Numbered from the stretch's first letter, positions 46,920 through 57,693 are shown. The stretch is DNA of 58,060 nucleotides from an uncultured bacterium (GCA_964404235.1 CAYOJL010000002.1:1-58060); one strand, 5' to 3'. The notes: generated by a model not told the origin, from the sequence alone. Numbers and translations: made by a program.

Positions 46920-48131
46920 TTATGAGCCAGTAATTACCTTTACAATAAAAGATGTTGAGGAAGAACTATAAAATACCCCTAGCCCTCCTTCAAAATTAGA
47001 AGCCGGTAGTAAATAAATATTCTGGCCTACAGGGTCTCCTTGAAAATAATTAAAGTATGAGTCACTTGTTGATTTAAAGGTCAACATATAATAGCCATAA
47101 TAATCGAAATACAGCCACATGATTGGCGAAGGAGATATGTCTACATTCCATAGCCATGGATTATTTCTGTATGGACTATTCTCGCGCCATGTTCCATCAG
47201 CAGGACCTCTTTTTAAGCGATCTTTCCAAATATTAGCTATCGAATTATAATCTAAGCTATCATTATCAAAAAGGCCCTTCTCATTGCTATAAATTAGATT
47301 TATATAACAACTATCTCTTAATCCATTTCTATTTCTATCAGAAAAATTTTCACCTTCATCGAAAACCCCATTTTGATTTTCATCATCAAAAGGCTCTAAA
47401 CCAACTACGCCTGATTCTAAAGCATTAGAAATGATTTGAATAGTGTTATAATCATCTTGATTATAGTCTACCCCGAACATTGGAGCACTGGCAAAACTCT
47501 TAGTGTAACAATCTCCAATTTTAAACTCTACTGAGTCTACATTAATATCATTTTGTTCAATGTATTCTAATGGGTTTTGATATAAAGATAACATTTGCGC
47601 AAACGTCAAATTCTCTAGATTATTTACATCAATTATACTTACTGGCTCAGTACTTCCATCTGGACATGTATATTCTGACATTTCAGCTGGTTCAATTTCT
47701 ATTATTTCTGGAACATTAGTTTCTGCGATAACAGAGTCCTCTTCATGTGTAACAACCAATCTGTATGTAGTCCCAGAGCTAATGATATAATCAAGCCAAT
47801 AGCTGAAAATAGAATCTACATTCTCTATGGACATATCGATCGGGTAATATCTACCATTACCTAGTGAGTAAAATCTTAATTCTGAACCGTCTGAGATATT
47901 TATAAGCTTCACATTCGCATTCTCAATATACAGATCTTCCGACACTACAGACTCATTAAGCTCTGCTGTCCTTGATACAAATACAGTATCATAAACAGGA
48001 AATCCTGCATTTATTGATGCAAACACTACAAGCTGTTCCTCATAACTGATTGTATTATCATCAAATGAGCATGATTGCATTATAAATGAAAGAGATAAAA
48101 TTTGAATTACTAATTTTATTTTATTAAACAT
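46920..48131 (-). CDS. Lipoprotein partner of the TonB-dependent receptor (DUF4249-like by context)
   Basis: 403 aa with lipobox FIMQSC. It abuts the TBDR gene with no gap. It contains an EF-hand-like loop DENQNGVFDEGE. Confidence 0.7.
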   Translation of the reverse strand: MFNKIKLVIQILSLSFIMQSCSFDDNTISYEEQLVVFASINAGFPVYDTVFVSRTAELNESVVSEDLYIENANVKLINISDGSELRFYSLGNGRYYPIDMSIENVDSIFSYWLDYIISSGTTYRLVVTHEEDSVIAETNVPEIIEIEPAEMSEYTCPDGSTEPVSIIDVNNLENLTFAQMLSLYQNPLEYIEQNDINVDSVEFKIGDCYTKSFASAPMFGVDYNQDDYNTIQIISNALESGVVGLEPFDDENQNGVFDEGENFSDRNRNGLRDSCYINLIYSNEKGLFDNDSLDYNSIANIWKDRLKRGPADGTWRENSPYRNNPWLWNVDISPSPIMWLYFDYYGYYMLTFKSTSDSYFNYFQGDPVGQNIYLLPASNFEGGLGVFYSSSSTSFIVKVITGS

Positions 48132-50468
48132 TTAAAACTCCCAGCTAAAGCCAATGGTAGGAATGATTGGAAACAAGCTAATATCATTGACTTGAAGTCT
48201 TCCTTCATCTGCTTCATCTACATTAACCTCTCCAACATCTGGTTCTCCATTTCCATTGGTATCATGTTTTTCTTCATCCCAATCTCCATCGTCATCAATA
48301 CCATTATATGTGCTCCCTACACTATATGATTTTCTAAAATTATTTTTTCTATTAAAAACATTAATTATCTGAACATATATGTCCATATTCGTACCAAAAA
48401 TTTTGGTATGGTAGACAAATCCAAGATCTAATCTACTATATGGGGAATATCTAGCTGAATTTCTAGTACCTGGGATTGTCCTAAAAACTTCATCAGGGCT
48501 TCCTGGTAAGATCTGATTATAATAACCAATTATGGGAGTATATGCCTGTCCAGATTGCAAAGATAATTTCCAATTCATATCCCACTTATTACTAATTAGG
48601 TAATTACCAAGAGCGCTGAAAGAATGGGTCCTGTCCCAGCTATTGTAATATTCTTCACTTTTATCATAGAAAATGCTATTCATTGATTTTCTTGAAACAG
48701 AAAAAGTATATGCTAACCAACCACTAAGTCTGCCACTCATCTTCTGTGCAAATAACTCCAAACCATAAGCATAACCATTAGATGGGGTTACAATATCAGA
48801 TAAAACTGAATCAGAGACAGCCTCATCAGTGGTCGCTCTAGACTCTTCAAAGGTAAATAGATTTTTGATATCTTTATAGTATCCCTCAATCTGAAGTTTA
48901 TATAGATTGTTAAGATATTCTTCATATCCTAACACTATTTGAGATGACTTAGCAGGCGCAATACTATTATCAACAGCTATCCACTGGTCTAAAATCGTTG
49001 GATTATAATCATCTTGAAATGTGGCAATGAACTGGTGGTAATTCCCTAATGAAAAATTTATGTACTTATCATCATTCAGTAGATATTTCATACCAAGGCG
49101 TAAGTCAGGAAAAATTGAGTCGCTGTATACATTATACATATTTATTCTTACGCCAGGTTCAAGAATAAATTTTTCAGATGGAGAATATTTTAATTTTACA
49201 TAACTAGCAAACTCTTTTGGTTTCGTTTCAATTTTAAACTGTAGCGAATCTCCAAATGTGTTTGTGTACAAAAAGCCAAGGTTTTTTAGCTGTGCGCCAA
49301 ACTTAACTGTGCTCTCAGATGATTTAAACCAGGAAAAATTTGCTGCTACTGTTGCATCATCTATCTGATTATCACTGTTTAATCCATTGGAACCACCTAG
49401 TCCAAATTCTGTAAAGAATAAGCTATTCGCGTATAAAAAATTACCAATCAGTTTTTCAGAAAAGACCCTCCTGTATTGGGTGCTTAAGGTACTATTCCCC
49501 CAACGGCCAGCTAGTCCAAAAGTCCCAAATAATAAATCATCTATCCCATTGTAAAAACTGAGTGATAATCTATCTTTTGGAGTGATGTCAGAATATACAT
49601 GACTCTGAATATCATAGAAGTAATAGGGGGGTATATTGGGATTATTCTTAAATATTTGATCAAAATAAGTCCTACGTCCTGATAAAATCCATGCTCCCTT
49701 GTAAAATGGACCCTCCAAGGTGGCTTGTGCTGAAAGAAGCGATAGATTTGCTTTTCCCTCAAACTTTTTTTGATTTCCTTCACGACTTATAATATTGAGA
49801 ACAGCTGAGAGCCTACCACCATATTCTGCATTGTAGGCGCCTTTGATTAGCTCGGCCTCTTTTACACCATCCACAATAAAATTTGAGAATATTCCACCCA
49901 AATGTGATGGGTTATATACTGTAACACCATCCAAAAGAATAAGATTTTGATCAGTATTTCCACCTCTTATCACTAAACCCGTGCTGAATTCAGAGGTTGT
50001 TAATACACCAGGAAGAGCTTGGATAGTTCTAAAAAGATCAGGCTCGGCTAAAGCAGGTGCGGCCTTCATCATTCTGGGACTGAGGTTTATTTTACTGGGT
50101 TGTATATTTGCCTTTCTCTGTAGTTGCTCAGCGGTGACCTCTACTTGTGATAGTTCAACTACTTCCTCTAATAGAGCGATATTTAACTTGATCGATTTCC
50201 TCTCAGATATGGTCAGTTTCTCTTTTCTCAGGCTAAACCCAACGTAAGAGACCATCAAGACATAGTCTCCAGGCACTATATCTTGTATGACATAATAACC
50301 ATTCATATCAGTTGCCATTCCCTGACCGGTCTCTTGAAGAATCACATTCGCACCGATCAGAGCCTCACCTGAAGAAGAGTCACTGATAAAACCAGATATG
50401 ATTGTGGACTGGGCACCCAAATGAGTGATTAGAAATAAAATAATTAAAAAATATCTCATAAAAGTCAT
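48132..50468 (-). CDS. TonB-dependent receptor with N-terminal carboxypeptidase-regulatory-like domain
   Basis: 778 aa with a signal peptide. The CarboxypepD_reg segment is ISGFISDSSSGEALIGANV...GYYVI...PGDYVL. A plug motif and a barrel ending GFSWEF follow. Confidence 0.9.
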   Translation of the reverse strand: MTFMRYFLIILFLITHLGAQSTIISGFISDSSSGEALIGANVILQETGQGMATDMNGYYVIQDIVPGDYVLMVSYVGFSLRKEKLTISERKSIKLNIALLEEVVELSQVEVTAEQLQRKANIQPSKINLSPRMMKAAPALAEPDLFRTIQALPGVLTTSEFSTGLVIRGGNTDQNLILLDGVTVYNPSHLGGIFSNFIVDGVKEAELIKGAYNAEYGGRLSAVLNIISREGNQKKFEGKANLSLLSAQATLEGPFYKGAWILSGRRTYFDQIFKNNPNIPPYYFYDIQSHVYSDITPKDRLSLSFYNGIDDLLFGTFGLAGRWGNSTLSTQYRRVFSEKLIGNFLYANSLFFTEFGLGGSNGLNSDNQIDDATVAANFSWFKSSESTVKFGAQLKNLGFLYTNTFGDSLQFKIETKPKEFASYVKLKYSPSEKFILEPGVRINMYNVYSDSIFPDLRLGMKYLLNDDKYINFSLGNYHQFIATFQDDYNPTILDQWIAVDNSIAPAKSSQIVLGYEEYLNNLYKLQIEGYYKDIKNLFTFEESRATTDEAVSDSVLSDIVTPSNGYAYGLELFAQKMSGRLSGWLAYTFSVSRKSMNSIFYDKSEEYYNSWDRTHSFSALGNYLISNKWDMNWKLSLQSGQAYTPIIGYYNQILPGSPDEVFRTIPGTRNSARYSPYSRLDLGFVYHTKIFGTNMDIYVQIINVFNRKNNFRKSYSVGSTYNGIDDDGDWDEEKHDTNGNGEPDVGEVNVDEADEGRLQVNDISLFPIIPTIGFSWEF

Positions 50469-51421
50469 CCTGATATATACTTTAAATTTTTGATATCAAA
50501 TGGAATGGGTTCAATATCATATTTGTTTAACAACTCTGATGAATCACATACGCTTCCATTAACAAGGTCATTTAACTGATCTCTACCCGCTGGAAACCAT
50601 TTAAATCTATCAAGCATTCCAGCTATGAAGGATATAACAAAGAATGGAGCAGGTAACATGATGACCTTTCTTCCGGTCACTTTTGCAATGGATGTGACTA
50701 TCTCATTCCAAGTGACCTCTCTATTCCCACCGATTTCAATTGTTTGTCTTACTGATTCTTCATCATTTAGGATCTTAACAAAAACTGATGCAACATCTTT
50801 AACATGGATCATACTCAATGAATAATTACCAGCATCAAGAGGATTCATTCCAGTAAAGAAAGATGGAGCAGGAAAGGGTAAAAATTTCGGATATGGAATC
50901 AGGCTAAGCATCAACTTATCAAGCATCATGCAAAATTCTGGTCTGTCACATCCTCTTGGATCACCAAACAAACTTGAAGGTCTGATAATCGTCCAATCAA
51001 GTTTAGTATTTTTGATAGCTTGTTCAGACAAGTGTTTTGCCTGCATATACTTAGAACTATCCGAATGTGGATTTGCACCAAGTGCACTCATCAATAGAAA
51101 TCGCTTTACACCTTTATCCTTTGCAATTTTTATCACTCGTTGTGTCCCTTTAAATTGCAAATTTTCATTTGTCAGCCCATTTTGAGGAAACTCTCTAATT
51201 AATGCAATTAAATAGATAACAGCATCACAATCCTGGAGAGTCTGACCAATTGCATCATCATCGTAAATATCTCCATTGACTACCTCACATTTTTTCGGCT
51301 GTATAACCTTATGCTCTGAACCATTTCTTACTAAGAGTCTTGGGGTATGGCCATTATTTATCAGTTCATCAGTTATATAAGAACCAACGTAACCAGTCCC
51401 ACCAATGAGTGCGACTTTCAT
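50465..51421 (-). CDS. NAD(P)H-binding atypical SDR (NmrA/NDUFA9-like)
   Basis: 318 aa with Rossmann motif ALIGGTGYVGSYI. Confidence 0.8.
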   Translation of the reverse strand: MKVALIGGTGYVGSYITDELINNGHTPRLLVRNGSEHKVIQPKKCEVVNGDIYDDDAIGQTLQDCDAVIYLIALIREFPQNGLTNENLQFKGTQRVIKIAKDKGVKRFLLMSALGANPHSDSSKYMQAKHLSEQAIKNTKLDWTIIRPSSLFGDPRGCDRPEFCMMLDKLMLSLIPYPKFLPFPAPSFFTGMNPLDAGNYSLSMIHVKDVASVFVKILNDEESVRQTIEIGGNREVTWNEIVTSIAKVTGRKVIMLPAPFFVISFIAGMLDRFKWFPAGRDQLNDLVNGSVCDSSELLNKYDIEPIPFDIKNLKYISG

Positions 51422-54400
51422 TATTTTTGCTCCGTTTTTAATAAATATTTTTCAAGAGTCAAATATGATACTGGTACCAATAATAAGGTAATAGCTGTTG
51501 CAAATAAGACTCCAAAAGATAATGATACCGCCATCGGAATCATGAACTTAGCCTGTGTACTTTTTTCTAAAATCAGTGGGACAAGCCCTACAAAAGTTGT
51601 CAATGACGTAAGAAAAATAGGTCTAAATCTTCTTGGGCCAGCTTCTAAGACCGCATCATCAATACTATTTCCTTCTGCCCTGTAACGATTGATAAAATCT
51701 ACCATGACCAAACTATCATTAACAACAACACCAGTTAATGCAACAATTCCCATCATAGAAAGCACTGACAAATTTAATCCCAGCAAGAGATGTCCTAATA
51801 CTGCTCCAGTTATACCAAAAGGTATAGATGACATTACAACCAAAGGTTGAAAGTATGATTTAAATGGAATTGCAAGTAACATATATACAACGATCATTGC
51901 TAAGAGGAAGTTTTTCCCTAGTGAACGAAGGTTATCCCCCTGTTCTTGCTGCTCACCCTCTAGAGAGTAAGCTACTGAGTTATATTGCTGGATAATTTTA
52001 GGCATAATCGAGCCCATAACTGTTGCTATTACCTCGTTACTATTTGTAACTGTCAAATCCACATCTGCAGTTACATTGATAGACCTCTTACGATTCTTTC
52101 TTTCAATAGAGGCCAGGCCTTCTCCTATTTCCAAGCGAGCGATCTGTCTAACTGGAATCGTTGAACCTGTCGGCGTAAGAATCATCATATTCTCTAGATC
52201 GGATATTGAAGATCTCTGATTTTCAGGATACTGGAGTATGACCTTCAATTCGTTCCTCCCTCTTTGGATAGTTTGTACTTCTAGACCATAAAACGCTTGT
52301 CTTACCTGAGCAGCAACCATCATCATGCTCACTCCATAATGTTTTGCAGCAGGTAGAAGGTTTATTGACATCTCTTCTTTCCCAATATTATATGTATCAG
52401 TTACATCAAATACACCAGGAAATCTTACTAATTGAGCCTTTAACTCATCCTTTGCTAAAATCAGATCATCAATATACTTGCTGGATAATTGAATGTTTAT
52501 TGGGTCACCTGCAGAAAAAAGATCTGATTTAAATGATAATTCCTTAGCACCAGGGACTTCGGGCATGATACTTCTCCATTTACGTACAATTTCCTCAGTA
52601 CTGATCGTACGGTTTTCTGAAGGTGCAAGTTCAAGTGCAACCTCTGCCATGTTTGGCCCTACGAAAAGAGCATCCAAGTTTCCTGGGCCACGAGAAGTTT
52701 TTGTAAGCATTGGTAAATAACCTATAGTCGATAATCGGTGCCTTATCACTGCCTGGTCTGGGAATTCTTCAATTAATTGAGACTCTAAAATTGTTGCTGC
52801 TTCCTCAAGCTTCTCATAGCCCTCTCTAGTCATTTCTATGGGAGTACCAGAAGGATATTCAATTGTTGCAATTGCAAGATCATCTTCAACAGCTGGAAAG
52901 AATGAAAATTTCAATATCCCACTTAATATTATTCCAATCGTCAATATGAATATACCTGCGGCAAATGTAAGTGCAGAGAATGGATGGTGAACTGCTTTTA
53001 GGAGTATAGGCTTATATACCTGGGACTTTACATAATTAAGGCCATTGACTATATTATTTTGTGCATAGCTCCATTTATTTGAAATGATCAGTAGTATTGG
53101 GTTCTTGGGTTCATCATCACTGCTATGTGCGAGGTGGGCTGGTAAAATTGTTAAGCTTTCGATCAAAGACCACACCAAAACCGATATCACAACTAATGGA
53201 AATATTCTCCATATCGAACCAATTTCACCTTCAACAGCTAACATTGGCGAAAAAGTTACCATTGTTGTCAGCACTGCGAAAAACACTGGCGTTGCAACCT
53301 GAGTAGCGCCCTTGACAGCGGCATCAGAAGGATTCATTCCGCGCTCTTTGAATAGAGCAATATTCTCCCCTACCACTATTGCATCATCCACAACAATTCC
53401 CAGTACTAAGATAAATGTAAACAACGATAGCATATTAATTGATAGGTCCAATGGTGCAAATAGCCAAAATCCACCCATGAATGAAATTGGAATACCTAAA
53501 GAGACCCAGAACGCTAATTTAGGTTTTAAAAATAAAGCCAATACAATAATGACAAGTATAAGGCCTTGTTGAGCATTTCGGACAATGGTTTCAATTCTAC
53601 CACTTAGTATGCGCGCCTCATCATCCCATGCAGTCACTCTTACTGAAGTGGGTAATTCTTCGTTTTTATTGTCAACATATTCTTTTACAGCAGCGGAGAC
53701 ATCCAGAGCATTCTGTTTGCCTACCCTGAATACTGTAATCAGATTTGCTTTATCTCCGTTAAACTTAAAATCAAGTTCAAATTGATCGGAAAACGTATCT
53801 TTTATCTCACTTATGTCACCTAGATAAACGACAGAACCATTTGAATTTATTATCACCGGAATTTTTGAAAAGTCATGAACTGTATATCCTTGGCTATTTG
53901 ATCTAATTAAAATTTCACCATCTTGAGTTTTAATGGTTCCACTAGGCATGTTCAAAGACCATTCTTTAATCGATTTCGCAATTTGTTGGAATGATAGATT
54001 GTATTTTCTTAGTGAACTCTCTTTTATGTTTATTTTAATCTCATTTTCAAGATCAGCGACTATGGAAGTAAAAGTGATTTCTGGAAGTCCATCGATCTCG
54101 TCTTTGATATCCTCTGTTAGTTTATTTAAAGAATTATCATCTATATCACCGTGGACCGCTATTGAAATAACTGGATTTGAACCAGCAATTTTTCGGCAAA
54201 TAGGTTTTTCAACATTTTCAGGGAATGTATCTATGGCATCTACCTCTGCTTTGATTTTATCAAGCATTTCATTAGGATCTTGACCAGATATTATTTCAAT
54301 GTTAACATTACCTACATTCTCGGATGCATTCGATGTTACCTTCTTGACACCATCTAAACCTTGCAACCTTTCTTCAATTTTTATACAAATTGCTTCTTCA

Positions 54401-54579
54401 ATATCTGTTGGGGTTGCGCCAGGATATACAGTAGTAACGTTGATGATGTTCAAATCAATTTCTGGAAATACTTCCATCTTTAACATAGGAATTGTAGTAG
54501 CTCCAGTTATGATGATCAACATCATCAATAGATTTGAAACAACTTTATTATTAACGAACCAGCGTATTATGCCTTCCAT
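51421..54579 (-). CDS. RND efflux pump inner-membrane permease (AcrB family)
   Basis: 1052 aa with 12-TM/two-large-loop architecture and conserved TM4 VVDDAIVVGENI. Confidence 0.95.
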   Translation of the reverse strand: MEGIIRWFVNNKVVSNLLMMLIIITGATTIPMLKMEVFPEIDLNIINVTTVYPGATPTDIEEAICIKIEERLQGLDGVKKVTSNASENVGNVNIEIISGQDPNEMLDKIKAEVDAIDTFPENVEKPICRKIAGSNPVISIAVHGDIDDNSLNKLTEDIKDEIDGLPEITFTSIVADLENEIKINIKESSLRKYNLSFQQIAKSIKEWSLNMPSGTIKTQDGEILIRSNSQGYTVHDFSKIPVIINSNGSVVYLGDISEIKDTFSDQFELDFKFNGDKANLITVFRVGKQNALDVSAAVKEYVDNKNEELPTSVRVTAWDDEARILSGRIETIVRNAQQGLILVIIVLALFLKPKLAFWVSLGIPISFMGGFWLFAPLDLSINMLSLFTFILVLGIVVDDAIVVGENIALFKERGMNPSDAAVKGATQVATPVFFAVLTTMVTFSPMLAVEGEIGSIWRIFPLVVISVLVWSLIESLTILPAHLAHSSDDEPKNPILLIISNKWSYAQNNIVNGLNYVKSQVYKPILLKAVHHPFSALTFAAGIFILTIGIILSGILKFSFFPAVEDDLAIATIEYPSGTPIEMTREGYEKLEEAATILESQLIEEFPDQAVIRHRLSTIGYLPMLTKTSRGPGNLDALFVGPNMAEVALELAPSENRTISTEEIVRKWRSIMPEVPGAKELSFKSDLFSAGDPINIQLSSKYIDDLILAKDELKAQLVRFPGVFDVTDTYNIGKEEMSINLLPAAKHYGVSMMMVAAQVRQAFYGLEVQTIQRGRNELKVILQYPENQRSSISDLENMMILTPTGSTIPVRQIARLEIGEGLASIERKNRKRSINVTADVDLTVTNSNEVIATVMGSIMPKIIQQYNSVAYSLEGEQQEQGDNLRSLGKNFLLAMIVVYMLLAIPFKSYFQPLVVMSSIPFGITGAVLGHLLLGLNLSVLSMMGIVALTGVVVNDSLVMVDFINRYRAEGNSIDDAVLEAGPRRFRPIFLTSLTTFVGLVPLILEKSTQAKFMIPMAVSLSFGVLFATAITLLLVPVSYLTLEKYLLKTEQK

Positions 54580-54584
54580 AACAA

Positions 54585-55706
54585 TTAATCGATTTTATAA
54601 GTTACTTTTTGACCATTGATCAATGATGATAGCCTTGAAAGCAATAGCCTGTCACCTTTTTCTATTCCTTCATTGACCAAGGCATATTCATTTTCATATC
54701 TTAACACATTTACTGGCCTTTTCATCAATTCCATGTTTGAATCAACAACCCAAAGAGACTCGTTTCTGATGTTATTCCTAGAAATGACATAAACGTCGTT
54801 AACCTTAGTACCATAGATTGTGGCTTGCGCATACTGGCCAACAAGTACAAGATTCTGTCCTTGATCTTCATTTTTAACGATGCTAGCAACAACAGATAAC
54901 ATTCTAGTTTTCGGATCAATCTCTGCCTCTGCTCTAATTACCTTGCCATTTACCACCTGCGCGCCCAATTGGAAGGATACCTCTAGTTGTTTTTGTTCTG
55001 GTATTTGAAGACCATTGAAGTCTAGACCTATAAAATTGATATCTTGATCTGCGATTGGCAATTGAACCTCAAAATTCTCTGTGGAATAAATATTCCCAAG
55101 CATGCTGCCTAGGAATACTGTTGAACCTATATCAGTATTTTTTGAACGAACTCTTCCATCAAATGGAGCAATGAATGTTGCTCTATCTAGATCTCTTCGT
55201 GCCTTTTCAAGGTTTGCTCTTGCAGCTTCCAACGTAGCTTTTGCCTGTGCAAGTTGTGGCTTCCTAAGCGCAAGTGCGCTACCTTTTCCACCTCCTACTC
55301 GGTTCCATTCTTTCGATGCAAGATCTGCCTCTGCTTTTTCTCTCTCTAGATTCACTTCAGCGTTCAAGACATTAGCCTCTGCTGTGATGAGTGCTAATTC
55401 GTAATCTCTTCGATCAAGTTTTATGAGTGTATCGCCTATGTTGAAGCTTGACCCCTCCTCCATTTTTTCCGAGACCCATTCGACTCTTGCATTTAACTGA
55501 GATAATAGGTTCAACTCGGATTTGGGTTTTATGAATCCTTGTGATGCTATTTGAGCATTCACTGTTTGAGGCAGCAACATCATTGTTTTTACATATGGGA
55601 CTTTGTCATCTTTTTCTTCCATATCTGCGGATGGTTTGTTCATAATCATCAAAAAAGCCAATAATATTGACAATAGTAAAAATCCTGGACTAAGGTATTT
55701 CTTCAT
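54585..55706 (-). CDS. RND efflux periplasmic adaptor (membrane fusion protein)
   Basis: 373 aa with an N-terminal anchor, a coiled-coil hairpin (LEREKAEADL...LEKARRDLDRA) and beta-barrel domains. Confidence 0.9.
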   Translation of the reverse strand: MKKYLSPGFLLLSILLAFLMIMNKPSADMEEKDDKVPYVKTMMLLPQTVNAQIASQGFIKPKSELNLLSQLNARVEWVSEKMEEGSSFNIGDTLIKLDRRDYELALITAEANVLNAEVNLEREKAEADLASKEWNRVGGGKGSALALRKPQLAQAKATLEAARANLEKARRDLDRATFIAPFDGRVRSKNTDIGSTVFLGSMLGNIYSTENFEVQLPIADQDINFIGLDFNGLQIPEQKQLEVSFQLGAQVVNGKVIRAEAEIDPKTRMLSVVASIVKNEDQGQNLVLVGQYAQATIYGTKVNDVYVISRNNIRNESLWVVDSNMELMKRPVNVLRYENEYALVNEGIEKGDRLLLSRLSSLINGQKVTYKID

Positions 55707-57211
55707 TTTTCTTCTCTAATTAATTCTTGATCGATATCTAATTCAAAGTCACCACCCATGGCCAATACCAATGAAAGCCTATTTTCAATTGACTGCTTGC
55801 GTATTGTAAGATATTGTGATTGAATTGAATTGTATTGCCTTTGACTATTCAGTACTGACTCAAGAGTTGTGACACCTTTATCATACCTCTCTTTGGAAAG
55901 TTCATATGCATCCTTTGACTGTTTGACTGCTACATCTAGAGCATTATTTTGTATGGATAGAGATTCATTCTGCTCAAGTAATTGTTCTATCTCAGAAAAG
56001 GCATTAAGTATGCCTTTAATAAGTTCTTGTTTTGCACTTTCATAGTTTGATTCTTGAATTTTATTAATTGATCTTAGACGTCCACCGTTAAATATTGGCG
56101 AAGTGATATTGACACCTAGATTCCATATACCATGATCTTCGTCAAATATCTTTTCAATTTCTTGTGTTGATGTACCAACTGAACCGTTAAGTGTGATACC
56201 TGGCAAGAGGTCTCTTTTTGATTGAGCAACTCTGTACCCTGCAGACTCCAACTTTAAAACTAGACTGCGAATATCGGGTCTTCTTTCAATTATGGATGCT
56301 GGTATGCCTAATGGCACTGGTGGTAACACATTAGGCAAGTTTGGCTCTTTAACAAGCATACCCGATGGATATTCACCTATGAGGGTCTCAATTTGTCTAT
56401 TTAATGATTTGAGTAGATTTTTTCTATTTTCAATTGACACTATGGACGTTGAAACTGATGTTTCTGACAATCGATAGTCCAGACTAGAACGAAGGCCTTT
56501 TTCATATCGTTCTTTAACAAGGTCTCTGATCTCAACTAGACTATGGTATGAGTCTTTGGATAACTCTAATTGGGCTGCAGCTTCTTTAGCATTGAAGAAT
56601 AATTGCGCACCCCGAATCAAAATTGAAAATTGCAAATATGATAAATCATGTTTGACAGATTCATAATCTTTATACGCAGCCTTGCGGCCATTCAACAATC
56701 GTCCCCAGACATCAATTTCCCATTGTAGATTTAATCCTAGACCAAAATTCTTATTACCAAAGGTAAGAACACTATTTGAAGACTGTTTACTACTTGAAGA
56801 GTCAGAACTATTGCCTGGGTCTAAAAATGATTCTGCAAATCCAAAGCCTGATAAATTTTGCACATTGGTATCCGCTCTCGCTAACATATTAAAAGATGGA
56901 TAAATAGCTGCACCATTTATCTTTGCATTGTAAAGTGCTTTTCTTTGATTTTGTACAATGGTTTTCATATCCGGACTGTTAGATCTCAAGCAAACTAGAA
57001 AAGTATCAAGAACCGGGTCTTCGAAAACGGACCACCAATCGCCAGATATCTTTTCGCTTGCTGGAAGTGGTGCAATCCAAGAATCAGGTATTGATATATC
57101 TAAGTTCTCAACACGAACCTCATGCTTTCCAACACAGCCAAAAAACAAAATAAATAATAGGCTCAAATAAAAGAAAAGTGGTCTTTCTTTATATTGGCTG
57201 CTCTTTTTCAT
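55703..57211 (-). CDS. Outer-membrane efflux lipoprotein (TolC/NodT family)
   Basis: 502 aa with lipobox LFFGC and two OEP repeats with long coiled-coil segments. Confidence 0.9.
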   Translation of the reverse strand: MKKSSQYKERPLFFYLSLLFILFFGCVGKHEVRVENLDISIPDSWIAPLPASEKISGDWWSVFEDPVLDTFLVCLRSNSPDMKTIVQNQRKALYNAKINGAAIYPSFNMLARADTNVQNLSGFGFAESFLDPGNSSDSSSSKQSSNSVLTFGNKNFGLGLNLQWEIDVWGRLLNGRKAAYKDYESVKHDLSYLQFSILIRGAQLFFNAKEAAAQLELSKDSYHSLVEIRDLVKERYEKGLRSSLDYRLSETSVSTSIVSIENRKNLLKSLNRQIETLIGEYPSGMLVKEPNLPNVLPPVPLGIPASIIERRPDIRSLVLKLESAGYRVAQSKRDLLPGITLNGSVGTSTQEIEKIFDEDHGIWNLGVNITSPIFNGGRLRSINKIQESNYESAKQELIKGILNAFSEIEQLLEQNESLSIQNNALDVAVKQSKDAYELSKERYDKGVTTLESVLNSQRQYNSIQSQYLTIRKQSIENRLSLVLAMGGDFELDIDQELIREEK

Positions 57212-57653
57212 CTTCTAGATTCAATATTATGCTCGAAAGAACATTTTTAAATGTCTCGATATCTTGATCAGAAATGTCTTTTCTTACCTCTTCCCTGGTT
57301 TTCTCCATAATCGGTAAAACATCAAAGAATAATTGTTTACCAGCGTTTGTAAGTATCACCCGTTTGATTCTATGATCGATCTGGTCCTCAACTCTAACAA
57401 CAAGGTTCTTTTTTTCTAGCACATCAACTAACCTGGTTATACTTGTTTTATCCTTAAGGGTTATCTCCCCCAGTTCTTTTTGAGAAGCAGACTCTAATTG
57501 CCATATAGGGCCTAAGACCATCCACTGGTCAAGAGAGATATCCAATCCGGACCCCATTGCATTTTGAACAAATCTTTTGGTCATGGCACGGTGCGCTGAA
57601 TTGATAAGCATACCCATACTCATATGAAATTTTAAAGATGCTTCTTTGGTCAT
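57189..57653 (-). CDS. MarR-family transcriptional regulator
   Basis: 154 aa with a winged-HTH segment SQKELGEITLKDKTSITRLVDVLEKKNLVVR...DHRIKRV. Confidence 0.9.
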   Translation of the reverse strand: MTKEASLKFHMSMGMLINSAHRAMTKRFVQNAMGSGLDISLDQWMVLGPIWQLESASQKELGEITLKDKTSITRLVDVLEKKNLVVRVEDQIDHRIKRVILTNAGKQLFFDVLPIMEKTREEVRKDISDQDIETFKNVLSSIILNLEDEKEQPI

Positions 57654-57673
57654 ACCTGCAATTTACTACGATA

Positions 57674-57693
57674 ATAGTTGCATATACAACTAT
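57674..57693. promoter_or_regulatory. Candidate MarR operator palindrome
   Basis: atagttg (57674-57680), spacer catata, caactat (57687-57693). It lies 21 nt upstream of the marR ATG and downstream of a minus-strand TATAAT (57715-57720). Confidence 0.5.
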
